DNA from: an uncultured Candidatus Saccharibacteria bacterium
Lineage (GTDB): Bacteria; Patescibacteriota; Minisyncoccia; Phycocordibacterales; UBA918
Direction of reading: 5' to 3'
Assembly (NCBI GenBank): GCA_964351645.1
Contig: CAYGOP010000001.1
Span: 1-38,469 of the forward strand
DNA length: 38,469 bases
The translations under genes were made by a program, and so were the position numbers. Every line of letters begins with the position of its first letter. Within the stretch, counting starts at the first letter, position 1. The notes under the pieces were generated by a model. That model ran no database searches. It saw only the letters and a program-made list of their open reading frames with translations, and was not told the DNA's origin. Below are positions 14,970 through 23,333 of the stretch, piece after piece.

Positions 14970-15299
14970 ATGACTACACAAACAACAAACACTGCACCAT
15001 TTGCTGTTATCGCTACCGGCGGAAAGCAGTACGTTGTGCGAGCAGGCGACACACTCCTAGTGGAACTTTTGCATGACCAAAAAGAAGGAGATAAGCTCGA
15101 ATTTGATGCTCTCATGACTGATGATGGGAAGTCTTCAAAAATCGGTACTCCAACTACTGGTTCAAAAGTAAAAGCAACATACGTTGGTGAAAAGAAAGGA
15201 AAGAAGCTTACTATCGTTCGATACAAAGCTAAGTCTAACCGAGACCGACGAATTGGCCATAGGCAACACTACGCTGAAATCAAGATTGACTCAATCTAA
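14970..15299 (+). CDS. rplU: 50S ribosomal protein L21
   Basis: FAVIATGGKQYVVRAGDTLLVE...KKLTIVRYKAKSNRDRRIGHRQHYAEIKI. The track start at 14802 is an upstream extension through the promoter. Confidence 0.9.
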   Translation: MTTQTTNTAPFAVIATGGKQYVVRAGDTLLVELLHDQKEGDKLEFDALMTDDGKSSKIGTPTTGSKVKATYVGEKKGKKLTIVRYKAKSNRDRRIGHRQHYAEIKIDSI

Positions 15300-15304
15300 C
15301 AACT

Positions 15305-15339
15305 AAAAAGAACCGCTCACTTGTGAGCGGTTCTTTTTT
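15305..15339. terminator. bidirectional terminator between rplU and recR
   Basis: aaaaagaaccgctcac-ttgt-gagcggttctttttt with A/T runs on both sides. Confidence 0.85.
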
Positions 15340-15955
15340 AATGTCGATTCTGCAAAGCGTTCTTAATAGTTTCTGCATCAGCGTATTCCAGCTCGCTGCC
15401 GGTTGAAAGCCCTCGTCCTAGGTAGGTGAGAGTGATTTCGTGTTCTTTCACCAGTTCATCAATGATGGATTCAACAAACCGGGCGGTGTTTTCTCCATCT
15501 GGATTGACGGAGAACCCCAAGATTATTTCTTCCAAACCCTCAGGGATACGAGCTTCAACGGTCGCTTTTAGTTTTCCGCCCCGCAGTTTAGAGTTATCCT
15601 TTGCATTTAAGAGGGGAACGGTTCCTCCGAGTACAAAGTAGAGGCCATCAAAGACGCCGGCTCGTTCAATCGCTTGAATGTCAGAGTCACGCTCTACGAC
15701 CAGTAGTCGGTTGTGGTTGCGGTTGCTGGAGCTACAGATAGTACAAGTATCAGTCTTGGTTATTTCGTTGGCAAAATACTGATGACAGCTCGGACACTCG
15801 GTTACTTTTTGCTTAATACCTTCTATGAGTCGAGCGAGTTCTTTGGTGTCTGCTTCACCCATGCGGAGCACATGAAACGCAAACCGTTTCGCTTGTCGAC
15901 CACCGACTCCGGGAAAGGTTTCAAAATACCGAATAAGAGAATCAAGTGTATTCAT
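15338..15955 (-). CDS. recR: recombination protein RecR
   Basis: FPGVGGRQAKRFAFHVL HhH motif, C4 zinc finger CPSC...CTIC, and a Toprim region. Confidence 0.92.
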   Translation of the reverse strand: MNTLDSLIRYFETFPGVGGRQAKRFAFHVLRMGEADTKELARLIEGIKQKVTECPSCHQYFANEITKTDTCTICSSSNRNHNRLLVVERDSDIQAIERAGVFDGLYFVLGGTVPLLNAKDNSKLRGGKLKATVEARIPEGLEEIILGFSVNPDGENTARFVESIIDELVKEHEITLTYLGRGLSTGSELEYADAETIKNALQNRH

Positions 15956-15958
15956 AGG

Positions 15959-17335
15959 CTAGAAGTCGTCACCGGTTCCGGGTGCCGCTGAGTGGTGAGT
16001 ATCAAGGTTAAGGAAGCGAACATGGGCGCCATCAAAGTACAGTTCAGCCATTCCAACGGCACCGTTTCGGTGTTTTTCAACCATAATTTCGGCAATGTTC
16101 GGTCGCTCTGATTCTTTGTTGATTTTATCTTCCCGGTGAATAAACATCACCACGTCCGCATCCTGCTCAATAGAACCAGAGTCACGTAGGTCGGAGAGGC
16201 GAGGCTTGCCACCGCGCTGTTCAACGGCTCGTGAGAGCTGTGAGAGGGCGATAACAGGGATATTCATCTCCTTGGCTAGAATCTTTAGTGAGCGCGAAAT
16301 TTCAGTGATTTGTTGCACCATTGAGTCATTTCCTTTGGTAAGGGTAGGAGACATCAGCTGGAGGTAGTCAACAATCAACATGTCTAAACCATGCTCGTTT
16401 TTGAGTCGTCGGGCAGCAGAACGCATCTTCACAATATTCATTGCAGCTTCGTCAATAATGTGAATAGGTGCTTTGTGGAGCTTTTGCATTGCACCTTGGA
16501 GCGCTTCGTACTCTTGGTCGTTTGAAAGACGTCCAGTACGGAGCTTCCATGAATCTACCCCGGATTCAGCAGCGAGCATACGGTCGACTAACTGTTGGTC
16601 ACTCATTTCCAATGAAAAGATTCCCACTGAGGCTCCATGCTGAAGCGCAGCATTTCGAGCGAGGTCCAGCGCAAACGCAGTTTTACCCATCGAAGGTCGG
16701 GCGGCCAAAATAATCAAGTCGGATTTCTGGAATCCAGCCAGTACATTGTCTAAAGCTGTGAAGCCAGAGGGAACACCTCGTTTATCTTCAGGGTTTTCGG
16801 TGAGGTGTTCAAAGCGTTCCCAAGCTTCGGTCAAGGCGCTTCCAATTGGACGGAATTTTTGCGCTGAGGGAGCCTGGGTGGCTTGGAAGATTTTCTTCTC
16901 TGCTTGGTCGAGTGCTTCGTCAACTGTTTCTGGATCTGAGTAGCCAATCTCAGCGATGTCGTCGGCTGCATGAATGAGATTTCGCAAAATGGCTTTATCA
17001 AGCACCTGCGAAGAGTAGTACATGGCGTTTCCAGCGGCCGGTACGGTTTCGATAAGCTCTGTGATGTATGAAGCTCCACCAACTCGGTCGAGTTGATTCA
17101 TGTCTTTGAGTACCGTAACAACTGACACAATGTCGATTGGGTCACCTTTAGAAAAAAGCTTAGAAATTGCTTCAAAAATTGCTCGGTGTTTGTCGGCGTA
17201 AAAACTGTCAGGCCAAATGGTGACTGATACGTCATGCATGACGTCTGGTTTGAGAATAATGGCTCCAAGCAATGCTTTTTCAGCATCAACGTTTTGGGGG
17301 ACGACACGCAAGGCGCGATTGTGTTCTTGAGCCAT
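15959..17335 (-). CDS. dnaB: replicative DNA helicase DnaB
   Basis: PQNVDAEKALLGAIIL N-terminal domain, Walker A ARPSMGKTAFAL and Walker B LIVDYLQLM. Confidence 0.95.
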   Translation of the reverse strand: MAQEHNRALRVVPQNVDAEKALLGAIILKPDVMHDVSVTIWPDSFYADKHRAIFEAISKLFSKGDPIDIVSVVTVLKDMNQLDRVGGASYITELIETVPAAGNAMYYSSQVLDKAILRNLIHAADDIAEIGYSDPETVDEALDQAEKKIFQATQAPSAQKFRPIGSALTEAWERFEHLTENPEDKRGVPSGFTALDNVLAGFQKSDLIILAARPSMGKTAFALDLARNAALQHGASVGIFSLEMSDQQLVDRMLAAESGVDSWKLRTGRLSNDQEYEALQGAMQKLHKAPIHIIDEAAMNIVKMRSAARRLKNEHGLDMLIVDYLQLMSPTLTKGNDSMVQQITEISRSLKILAKEMNIPVIALSQLSRAVEQRGGKPRLSDLRDSGSIEQDADVVMFIHREDKINKESERPNIAEIMVEKHRNGAVGMAELYFDGAHVRFLNLDTHHSAAPGTGDDF

Positions 17336-17346
17336 AAGTGATTAGC

Positions 17347-17355
17347 ATTCTAACA
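17347..17355 (-). promoter_or_regulatory. extended -10 (TGtTAGAAT) 11 nt upstream of the dnaB ATG
   Basis: Minus strand reads caTGtTAGAATgctaatcacttATG. There is no SD. Confidence 0.5.
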
Positions 17356-17411
17356 TGAAAGGTTGCTTGACTACTTTTGCACAGGGTTGTGGAGAGAGGG
17401 GATTGTGCTGT

Positions 17412-18863
17412 TTATTCCTTCGTCACTTTTGGTCCGTGGGCTGAGTCTTCGAGTGTGTAGCCTTCAAGGAGTAGTTTGTCGCGGATAGCATCTGCTTCAG
17501 CCCAGTTGCGTGCTATTCGGGCTGCTTCTCGAGTGTCTATTAGCTTCTGAATATTTTCTGGTAGCTCATCAGCTGCAACTACACCAAGAGAACGTACACC
17601 GTCATGTACGTTTTCAGATAATCCAATATCAAGGACTTCGTCCATCGCCATCATGGTTCCACACTTAGTTTTGTTGTCGAGTTTTGCATCTTTAATCATG
17701 TCCCACATAATCGCGATGGCTCCTGGTGTATCTAAGTCATCAGCCAGTCGCTCGTCAAACTTCTCTAAATAGTCGTGATTAGGCATCCCGGCTTTTTGTT
17801 TGAATTCCTCATACATGTGGCGCTTTAAGCGAAAGAGCGCTTGTTTTGAAGCCTTTAGTGCCTCCCAAGAGAAGTTTACTGGCGAACGGTAGTGGGCAGT
17901 CAGAAGCCAGTAACGGTAATCGTCGCCTGAAAAACCTCGGTCGGCTAAGTGTCGCATGGTAATGGTGTTGCCGAGAGATTTTGACACCTTTGTATTATCG
18001 ATAGTGATAAAGGCATTGTGCATCCAATACTTAGAGAAGGTTTTGCCAGTTGCTGCCTCTGATTGGGCAATTTCTGCATTGTGGTGAGTTGAGATATGGT
18101 CGATGCCTCCAGTGTGAATGTCGATTTGCTTGCCTAAAGTAGCCATGGCCATCGCTGAGCACTCAATATGCCACCCAGGAAACCCTTTGCCCCAACGACT
18201 ATCCCAGCCCAGCTCGCCTTTTTTCCAAACTGCAAAATCAGCTGGATGACGTTTTTCAGAATTTACTTCAACTCGAGCACCGCTTTTAAGTTCGTCAACA
18301 TTAATGTTGCCGAGTCGTCCGTATTTTTCAAACTTTTTGATATCAAAATAGACTCCGTCTGAGGTCTCGTAGGTATAACCCTTTTCATCAAGGGTTTTAA
18401 TCAGGCTGATTTGTTTCTTTATATAATCGCTCGCTCGAGCCCAGGTGGTAGGGGGGAGAATACGCAGTTCCTCGAAGTCCTCTTCAAACGCTTGGATATA
18501 TTGGTTTGATAGCTCTACCATTGATTTTAAGGTGATTGGTAGACCTTCTCGCTTGAGCCCTTTCATCATTTTGTCCTCGCCGTTGTCACCATCATCAGAG
18601 AGGTGACCAAAATCAGTGTAGTTAATGGTGTGTTGAACGATATAGCCATTTCTCATCAGTACTCGTTTGAGAATGTCAGAAAACACATAGGAGCGAAGAT
18701 TCCCGATGTGAGCGTAGTCGTAGACGGTAGGTCCGCAGCTGTAGATTTTGACTGACCGAGCGTCATAGGGAGTGAATACCTCAAGAGATTGCGACTCAGT
18801 GTTATAAAGAGTAATTTCCCGCGTAATAACTGGGGTACGCTTACCAAAAAGGTTATGTAACAT
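17412..18863 (-). CDS. cysS: cysteine--tRNA ligase
   Basis: HIGN motif (YDYAHIGNLRSY), KMSKS motif (KVSKSLGN) and the WHIECS zinc site. The track start at 18899 is a TTG; ATG 18863 fits the promoter geometry. Confidence 0.93.
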   Translation of the reverse strand: MLHNLFGKRTPVITREITLYNTESQSLEVFTPYDARSVKIYSCGPTVYDYAHIGNLRSYVFSDILKRVLMRNGYIVQHTINYTDFGHLSDDGDNGEDKMMKGLKREGLPITLKSMVELSNQYIQAFEEDFEELRILPPTTWARASDYIKKQISLIKTLDEKGYTYETSDGVYFDIKKFEKYGRLGNINVDELKSGARVEVNSEKRHPADFAVWKKGELGWDSRWGKGFPGWHIECSAMAMATLGKQIDIHTGGIDHISTHHNAEIAQSEAATGKTFSKYWMHNAFITIDNTKVSKSLGNTITMRHLADRGFSGDDYRYWLLTAHYRSPVNFSWEALKASKQALFRLKRHMYEEFKQKAGMPNHDYLEKFDERLADDLDTPGAIAIMWDMIKDAKLDNKTKCGTMMAMDEVLDIGLSENVHDGVRSLGVVAADELPENIQKLIDTREAARIARNWAEADAIRDKLLLEGYTLEDSAHGPKVTKE

Positions 18864-18870
18864 TGCCAAC

Positions 18871-18879
18871 AGTGTAGCA
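18871..18879 (-). promoter_or_regulatory. extended -10 (TGcTACACT) 7 nt upstream of the cysS ATG; predicted leaderless
   Basis: Minus strand reads atTGcTACACTgttggcaATG. Confidence 0.55.
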
Positions 18880-18923
18880 ATATCAGTAACTCCCGACAAC
18901 TCTTTGGGGTTCTTTATAAGCTA

Positions 18924-18932
18924 TGCAATAAT
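18924..18932 (+). promoter_or_regulatory. extended -10-like element (TGcAATAAT) 7 nt upstream of the S41 protease ATG; predicted leaderless
   Basis: taTGcAATAATagaaaacATG. It is divergent from the cysS promoter within a 76-bp spacer. Confidence 0.5.
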
Positions 18933-18939
18933 AGAAAAC

Positions 18940-20268
18940 ATGTATAACAACGAAGATAGTCTATCAGTACAAACTAAAAGGAGTTCGTTTAAAGGCCTTG
19001 GATATTTTTTAGCGTTTTGTTTTGCGCTAGGAGCATTTTTTTCTGGTCTACAAATTGGTCAAGGAGTAGACAGTTATCAGCAGACCGCTAATATCTTTAG
19101 CTTTTTTAATCCTGAGCCAAAAGTAGAGGCTTCAGATGGTCGGCCTGACATGGGCGAGTTTTGGAAAGTGTGGGATTTGCTTGATGAAAAATTTGCTTCA
19201 GCGGGCACTTCAACAGCTTTAACGAATGAAGAAAGACTCCAAGGGGCAATTGAAGGAATGGTAGATACCTTTGGGGACCCCTACACGGTCTATTTCCCGC
19301 CAGTGGAAGCGACTGCTTTTAATGAAGATGTGTCCGGTAACTTCAGTGGGGTAGGGATGGAAGTTGGTCTACGGAATAATCTGGTAACAGTTATTTCACC
19401 ACTACCAGAAACGCCAGCGCAGCGAGCCGGTATTGTGGCGGGGGACGTAATTGTGAAGATTGACGACACAACAACTGAAGGTATGCGGATTGATGAGGCA
19501 GTTAAATTAATTCGAGGTGAACAGGGTACAGTTGTTCATTTACAGATTTACCGAGAGGGAGAACAAGAATTTCTTGATATTGCTATCACGCGAGACACTA
19601 TCGATATTCCGACAGTAAAAACCGAACAGATTGGCGATACGTATATTCTGGCAATTTACAGCTTCAATGCGGTAGCGCAGGGGCAAGTGCAAGATGCTTT
19701 GCAAGAGTACTTAGACAGTGGCGCCACTAAGTTAGTTATTGACGTGCGAGGAAACCCGGGTGGCTATTTACAAAGTGCTGTGAATATCGCGAGTTATTTC
19801 TTGCCTGCTGGTAAGGTGGTAGTGAGTGAGGAGTTTAGCGACAAGAGTAAAAACGATGTATTCCGCAGTCGAGGACGACAAATTCAGCTCTTTACTCCAG
19901 AAAACCTAGTGGTGTTGGTAGACGGCGGTTCCGCTTCAGCGTCTGAGATTCTTGCCGGTGCTCTGAAAGATCATGGAGTAGCAACCATTATTGGCGCTCA
20001 GACTTTTGGAAAAGGTTCGGTGCAAGAGCTGCTTGAAGTGGAGAATGGCTCTTCTTTGAAGGTGACGGTGGCTCGTTGGCTTACTCCAAACGGAACTTCC
20101 ATTTCAAAAAATGGACTGACTCCAGATATTGTTATTTCACGAACACCGCAACAGCGATTGACGGAAGAAGATCCACAGAAAGATGCAGCTGTGCGTTTCT
20201 TGGCCGGGGAGAAGGTAGAAAGTGAAACATTCGTTGACCAGGTGACAGATAGTGGAGATATTGAGTAA
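18940..20268 (+). CDS. ctpA: S41 family carboxyl-terminal processing peptidase with an N-terminal membrane anchor and a PDZ domain
   Basis: FSGVGMEVG, PDZ PAQRAGIVAGDVIVKIDD, RGNPGGYL, catalytic GSASASEILAGALKD and TFGKGSVQ. Confidence 0.9.
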   Translation: MYNNEDSLSVQTKRSSFKGLGYFLAFCFALGAFFSGLQIGQGVDSYQQTANIFSFFNPEPKVEASDGRPDMGEFWKVWDLLDEKFASAGTSTALTNEERLQGAIEGMVDTFGDPYTVYFPPVEATAFNEDVSGNFSGVGMEVGLRNNLVTVISPLPETPAQRAGIVAGDVIVKIDDTTTEGMRIDEAVKLIRGEQGTVVHLQIYREGEQEFLDIAITRDTIDIPTVKTEQIGDTYILAIYSFNAVAQGQVQDALQEYLDSGATKLVIDVRGNPGGYLQSAVNIASYFLPAGKVVVSEEFSDKSKNDVFRSRGRQIQLFTPENLVVLVDGGSASASEILAGALKDHGVATIIGAQTFGKGSVQELLEVENGSSLKVTVARWLTPNGTSISKNGLTPDIVISRTPQQRLTEEDPQKDAAVRFLAGEKVESETFVDQVTDSGDIE

Positions 20269-20318
20269 GTTTTGGTATCATTCGCAACAATTATTGAACG
20301 ATTTAAAGATATAGACAC

Positions 20319-20762
20319 ATGAAAGTAATTCTTCTACAAGATGTAGCAAAGATTGGACGACGGTCAGCTGTGGTGGAAGTTCCTGACGGATACGCAATGA
20401 ATCAGCTGATTCCAAAAAAGATGGCACAACCAGCAACTGCACAAAATATGAAACGAATCGAAAAGATGCAAGCTGAAACAGATGCAAATAAAGAAGCTGA
20501 CAAGGCTCGCTTTGACGCTGCAAAGGCTGGCATGGAAGCAAAAACCGTTCAAGTCAGTGCTGAAACAAATGAGCAAGGTCACTTATTTAAAGCGGTAAGC
20601 GAAAACGATATTGCTGATGCTGCCCAAGCAGCAGGGATTGATGTTGAAGCAACAATGCTTGTAGTAGGAAGTCCGATTAAGGAAGTTGGTGAACACACCG
20701 TTCAGCTTGTCAGAGGTGACAGTAAAGCAGAGGTAACAATTGAGGTTATAAAAAACGCTTAG
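20319..20762 (+). CDS. rplI: 50S ribosomal protein L9
   Basis: MKVILLQDVAKIGRRSAVVEVPDGYAMNQLIPKKMA is a typical L9 N-terminal domain. Confidence 0.9.
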   Translation: MKVILLQDVAKIGRRSAVVEVPDGYAMNQLIPKKMAQPATAQNMKRIEKMQAETDANKEADKARFDAAKAGMEAKTVQVSAETNEQGHLFKAVSENDIADAAQAAGIDVEATMLVVGSPIKEVGEHTVQLVRGDSKAEVTIEVIKNA

Positions 20763-20765
20763 TAT

Positions 20766-21485
20766 ATGAAAAATGTTCTCGGTGATGCAGCCCCAATCAT
20801 TATTCTGTTGGTGCTTTGTGCCGCACTTATTGGCGGAATTGCGTGGTGGTTAGGAGGAGGTGCAGATACTCTCAATTCAAGAGAGGTAGAATTAACCAGT
20901 AGCGAAACACTTCAGGCTCCACTCGCCCCAGAGCAACTAGAGGCTTATCAAGTTGATGTAACAAATGATATGAATCCAATCGCAGTACTAGAAACAAATA
21001 AAGGAGTAATTGAAATTGAATTGTTTGACGATACAATGCCGATTACTGCCGGGAACTTCGCTAAGTTGGTTGGTGAAGGGTATTACGACGGTATTAAGTT
21101 CCATCGAGTGATTGATGGTTTCATGATTCAAGGTGGTGACCCAATCACAAAAACTAACGAAGTGTTACGGTACGGAACTGGTGGTCCAGGGTACTCAATC
21201 CCAGACGAGCACGTGGTTGGTGAACTACTCACAAACGTTCGGGGAACTATTGCAATGGCCAATAGTGGTCCAAACAGTGGAGGAAGCCAGTTCTTCATTA
21301 ACTTGGTCGATAACTCAAACCTTGATTTCAATAAACCGCCACTCTCTTCTAAGCATCCTGTATTCGGACGAGTTATATCTGGAATGGATGTGGTTGATGC
21401 AATTGCTGGGGTTGAAACCAATCCACGAAGTCTGCCTCTGGAAGATATCGTAATAGAAAAAGCAACAATCCGACGCGACTCTTAA
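20766..21485 (+). CDS. cyclophilin-type peptidyl-prolyl cis-trans isomerase with an N-terminal membrane anchor
   Basis: FHRVIDGFMIQGGDP, GTIAMANSGPNSGGSQFFI and HPVFGRV. TM segment IIILLVLCAALIGGIAWWL. Confidence 0.9.
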   Translation: MKNVLGDAAPIIILLVLCAALIGGIAWWLGGGADTLNSREVELTSSETLQAPLAPEQLEAYQVDVTNDMNPIAVLETNKGVIEIELFDDTMPITAGNFAKLVGEGYYDGIKFHRVIDGFMIQGGDPITKTNEVLRYGTGGPGYSIPDEHVVGELLTNVRGTIAMANSGPNSGGSQFFINLVDNSNLDFNKPPLSSKHPVFGRVISGMDVVDAIAGVETNPRSLPLEDIVIEKATIRRDS

Positions 21486-21497
21486 GACACAGCGTAT

Positions 21498-21533
21498 ACA
21501 AAAAGACCGCTTCATGAGAAGCGGTCTTTTTGT
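21498..21533. terminator. bidirectional terminator between the PPIase gene and rpmA
   Basis: acaaaaagaccgcttc-atga-gaagcggtctttttgt. Confidence 0.85.
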
Positions 21534-21545
21534 ATTTTAGGAGTG

Positions 21546-21827
21546 TTACGCTTTTGCAAGAACATCAACTGCTTTTTTGGTTACAGTTTGTCCATTGAAA
21601 CGAGTCTTTCGCATTTCGCGGAAAGCCACTACACCATCTGTCATTGCAAAAAGTGTGTGGTCTTTTGCCACTTTTACTCCTTTTCCAGCTTCAATCTTCG
21701 TTCCACGTTGTCGAACGATGATTTGACCAACCGTGACGGCTTGACCGTCTGCGCGCTTCACACCTAGATATTTTGGTTGTGAGTCGCGCAGGTTCTTAGC
21801 TGTTCCTGCTGCTTTCTTCTTTGCCAT
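21546..21827 (-). CDS. rpmA: 50S ribosomal protein L27
   Basis: [44 protein letters not shown] matches the L27 core. The N-terminal residues are divergent. Confidence 0.92.
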   Translation of the reverse strand: MAKKKAAGTAKNLRDSQPKYLGVKRADGQAVTVGQIIVRQRGTKIEAGKGVKVAKDHTLFAMTDGVVAFREMRKTRFNGQTVTKKAVDVLAKA

Positions 21828-21872
21828 ACAATTACGGTATAATGATTAAATAACTGGCAGAGTATACGACAT

Positions 21873-22214
21873 ATGTTTGAAAAACTCAAGTCCTGGATGC
21901 TCGATGATGTGGTCTTCTATTCGCTGTTGATTGTTGGGGTAGGAGTGGTGGCTTTTGGTTTAGGTCGACATTCGGTCCAGAATACACAGCAAGTAGCCAC
22001 GGCCACAGGAATTCAGATAATGCAGAATCCAGAGTCGGAAACTACAGAAAAAACGGGAATTACCGTGATTGCGTCCCGGTCTGGAACGAAATATCATTTA
22101 CCGAGCTGTCCGGGAGCTTTGCAGATAAAGAGTGAAAATAAAGTAGAATTCACCTCGATTGAAGCTGCGGAAGCAGCCGGGTACACACCATCAGCAAACT
22201 GTGAGGGAATATAA
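21873..22214 (+). CDS. membrane-anchored small protein with an Ada-like Cys/His metal-binding C-terminal motif
   Basis: TM segment VVFYSLLIVGVGVVAFGL. The C-terminus is GTKYHLPSCPGALQIKSENKVEFTSIEAAEAAGYTPSANC (the YH.P.C....I...N...F.S..EA...GY.P...C pattern). Confidence 0.55.
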   Translation: MFEKLKSWMLDDVVFYSLLIVGVGVVAFGLGRHSVQNTQQVATATGIQIMQNPESETTEKTGITVIASRSGTKYHLPSCPGALQIKSENKVEFTSIEAAEAAGYTPSANCEGI

Positions 22215-22216
22215 GA

Positions 22217-22243
22217 AAGGGCCCAGCTGATTGCTGGGCCCTT
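22217..22243. terminator. stem-loop terminator between convergent genes (better T-tract on the minus strand)
   Basis: aagggcccagc-tgatt-gctgggccctt. Confidence 0.75.
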
Positions 22244-22249
22244 GGGGCG

Positions 22250-22627
22250 CTACTTACACTTTGTCGCCCAGGCGGGGACATTACGTCCCCAAATAGTGCA
22301 GGTTGATTCTTCAGCCGGAGCTGCTTCTGGTTGTGTTGGGACAGGGACTGCTTCAACCGCTTCGCTTCCGCCGAACCAGGAAAATGGGTTTGGCACCCAA
22401 TCCAGCCAACCGCCCATGAAATCTGTGAACGAGCTCAGAGCTGCTCCCGCAATCCAGAGTAGAATAACTCCGGCCAAAACATAGAGAACGACTTTTCCAA
22501 TTGAGCGCGCACCTTCTTCCATAAATGCAGGAATAGCTTTGGCAAGCCCTTTCTTGAAGCCGTGCCAAACGATGCGTCCAATTGGTTGCTTGGTGGCACA
22601 TTCTTCATCTGGTGTGTGATTGGTCAT
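22250..22627 (-). CDS. hypothetical single-pass membrane protein (125 aa), G+C-rich orphan
   Basis: TM segment VVLYVLAGVILLWIAGAAL, a Pro/Ala/Glu-rich linker and a C-terminal C-x13-C segment (STCTIWGRNVPAWATKCK). An AAGGGG SD is present. No family recognised. Confidence 0.5.
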   Translation of the reverse strand: MTNHTPDEECATKQPIGRIVWHGFKKGLAKAIPAFMEEGARSIGKVVLYVLAGVILLWIAGAALSSFTDFMGGWLDWVPNPFSWFGGSEAVEAVPVPTQPEAAPAEESTCTIWGRNVPAWATKCK

Positions 22628-22663
22628 GAGGACCCCTTTGTGCTGAGAAACGTAACTACGTGC

Positions 22664-22691
22664 ATTATGCTAAAGAAAAAGTGAAAGTCAA
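22664..22691 (-). promoter_or_regulatory. sigma70-like promoter TTGACT-N16-CATAAT for ORF 22250..22627 with a 36 nt SD leader
   Basis: Minus strand reads gTTGACTttcactttttctttagCATAATgcacgtagttacgtttctcagcacaAAGGGGtcctcATG. Confidence 0.55.
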
Positions 22692-22704
22692 CATTTTTTA
22701 GGTT

Positions 22705-22713
22705 TGCTATACT
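22705..22713 (+). promoter_or_regulatory. extended -10 (TGcTATACT) 6 nt upstream of the exonuclease ATG; predicted leaderless
   Basis: ttTGcTATACTacaagtATG. Confidence 0.55.
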
Positions 22714-22719
22714 ACAAGT

Positions 22720-23313
22720 ATGTTAATTGTTGATACAGAATGCTCAGGCTTACGTCCGGAGCGACACTCCATTCTTTCAATCGGAGCTCTTGATTTTCGG
22801 AATCCTGATAATCGATTTTATGGTGAGTGTCGAGTGTGGGATGGTGCTCATATAATGGATGAGGCTCTCGAGGTAAATGGTTTTACGCGTGAAGAGGCAA
22901 CTGACCCACAGAAGCAGTCTGAAGCTGAACTCATCGCTTCTTTCCTAGAGTGGACCCAAGATTTACCAGAACGAACTCTGACTGGGCAGAACGTCTCATA
23001 TGACAGGAATATGCTCATGGCAGCTGCAGAGAGAGCAAAGTTAAATTGGAATCTGGCCTATCGAACGATAGACGTACATTCGCTGTGTTGGATGCATATG
23101 ATACAAGTCAATGGTGTGCCACCTGTAGATGAGGAGCATAAACGGAGTATGCTCAATTCAAAGACTATTCTGGCGTATTGCGGTCTTCCGCCAGAGGTCG
23201 ACCCGCACAATGCGCTCACTGGGGCACTCTGGCATGCAGAGGTGACCTCTCGATTGATGTATGGTAAGAAACTTCTCCCCGAATTTGAACAGTATGAAAT
23301 TCCTTGGAATTGA
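22720..23313 (+). CDS. DEDDh-type 3'-5' exonuclease (DnaQ/epsilon-like, stand-alone)
   Basis: Exo I LIVDTECSG, Exo II GQNVSYDRNML and Exo III HNALTGALWHAE. Confidence 0.8.
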   Translation: MLIVDTECSGLRPERHSILSIGALDFRNPDNRFYGECRVWDGAHIMDEALEVNGFTREEATDPQKQSEAELIASFLEWTQDLPERTLTGQNVSYDRNMLMAAAERAKLNWNLAYRTIDVHSLCWMHMIQVNGVPPVDEEHKRSMLNSKTILAYCGLPPEVDPHNALTGALWHAEVTSRLMYGKKLLPEFEQYEIPWN

Positions 23314-23318
23314 GTCGG

Positions 23319-23327
23319 TGATACAAT
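23319..23327 (+). promoter_or_regulatory. extended -10 (TGaTACAAT) 6 nt upstream of the LOG-family ATG; predicted leaderless
   Basis: ggTGaTACAATatagctATG. Confidence 0.55.
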
Positions 23328-23333
23328 ATAGCT

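Noticed and set aside
18864-18899. Longer N-terminal extensions offered by the ORF track. Examples are cysS from TTG 18899, yqeY from 12269, rplU from 14802, the S41 protease from TTG 18904, 7244 for the Grx fusion, 10967, 1153 and 3786.
   Set aside because: The extensions start at non-ATG codons or run through promoters and terminators, and they add residues absent from the protein families. Internal ATGs with an SD or the extended -10 geometry were preferred.
22169-22178. GGAAGCAGCC, which resembles the conserved SRP (4.5S) RNA domain IV motif
   Set aside because: It lies inside CDS 21873..22214, encoding EAAEAAGY of the conserved C-terminal motif. It has no flanking helix capable of forming the SRP hairpin.
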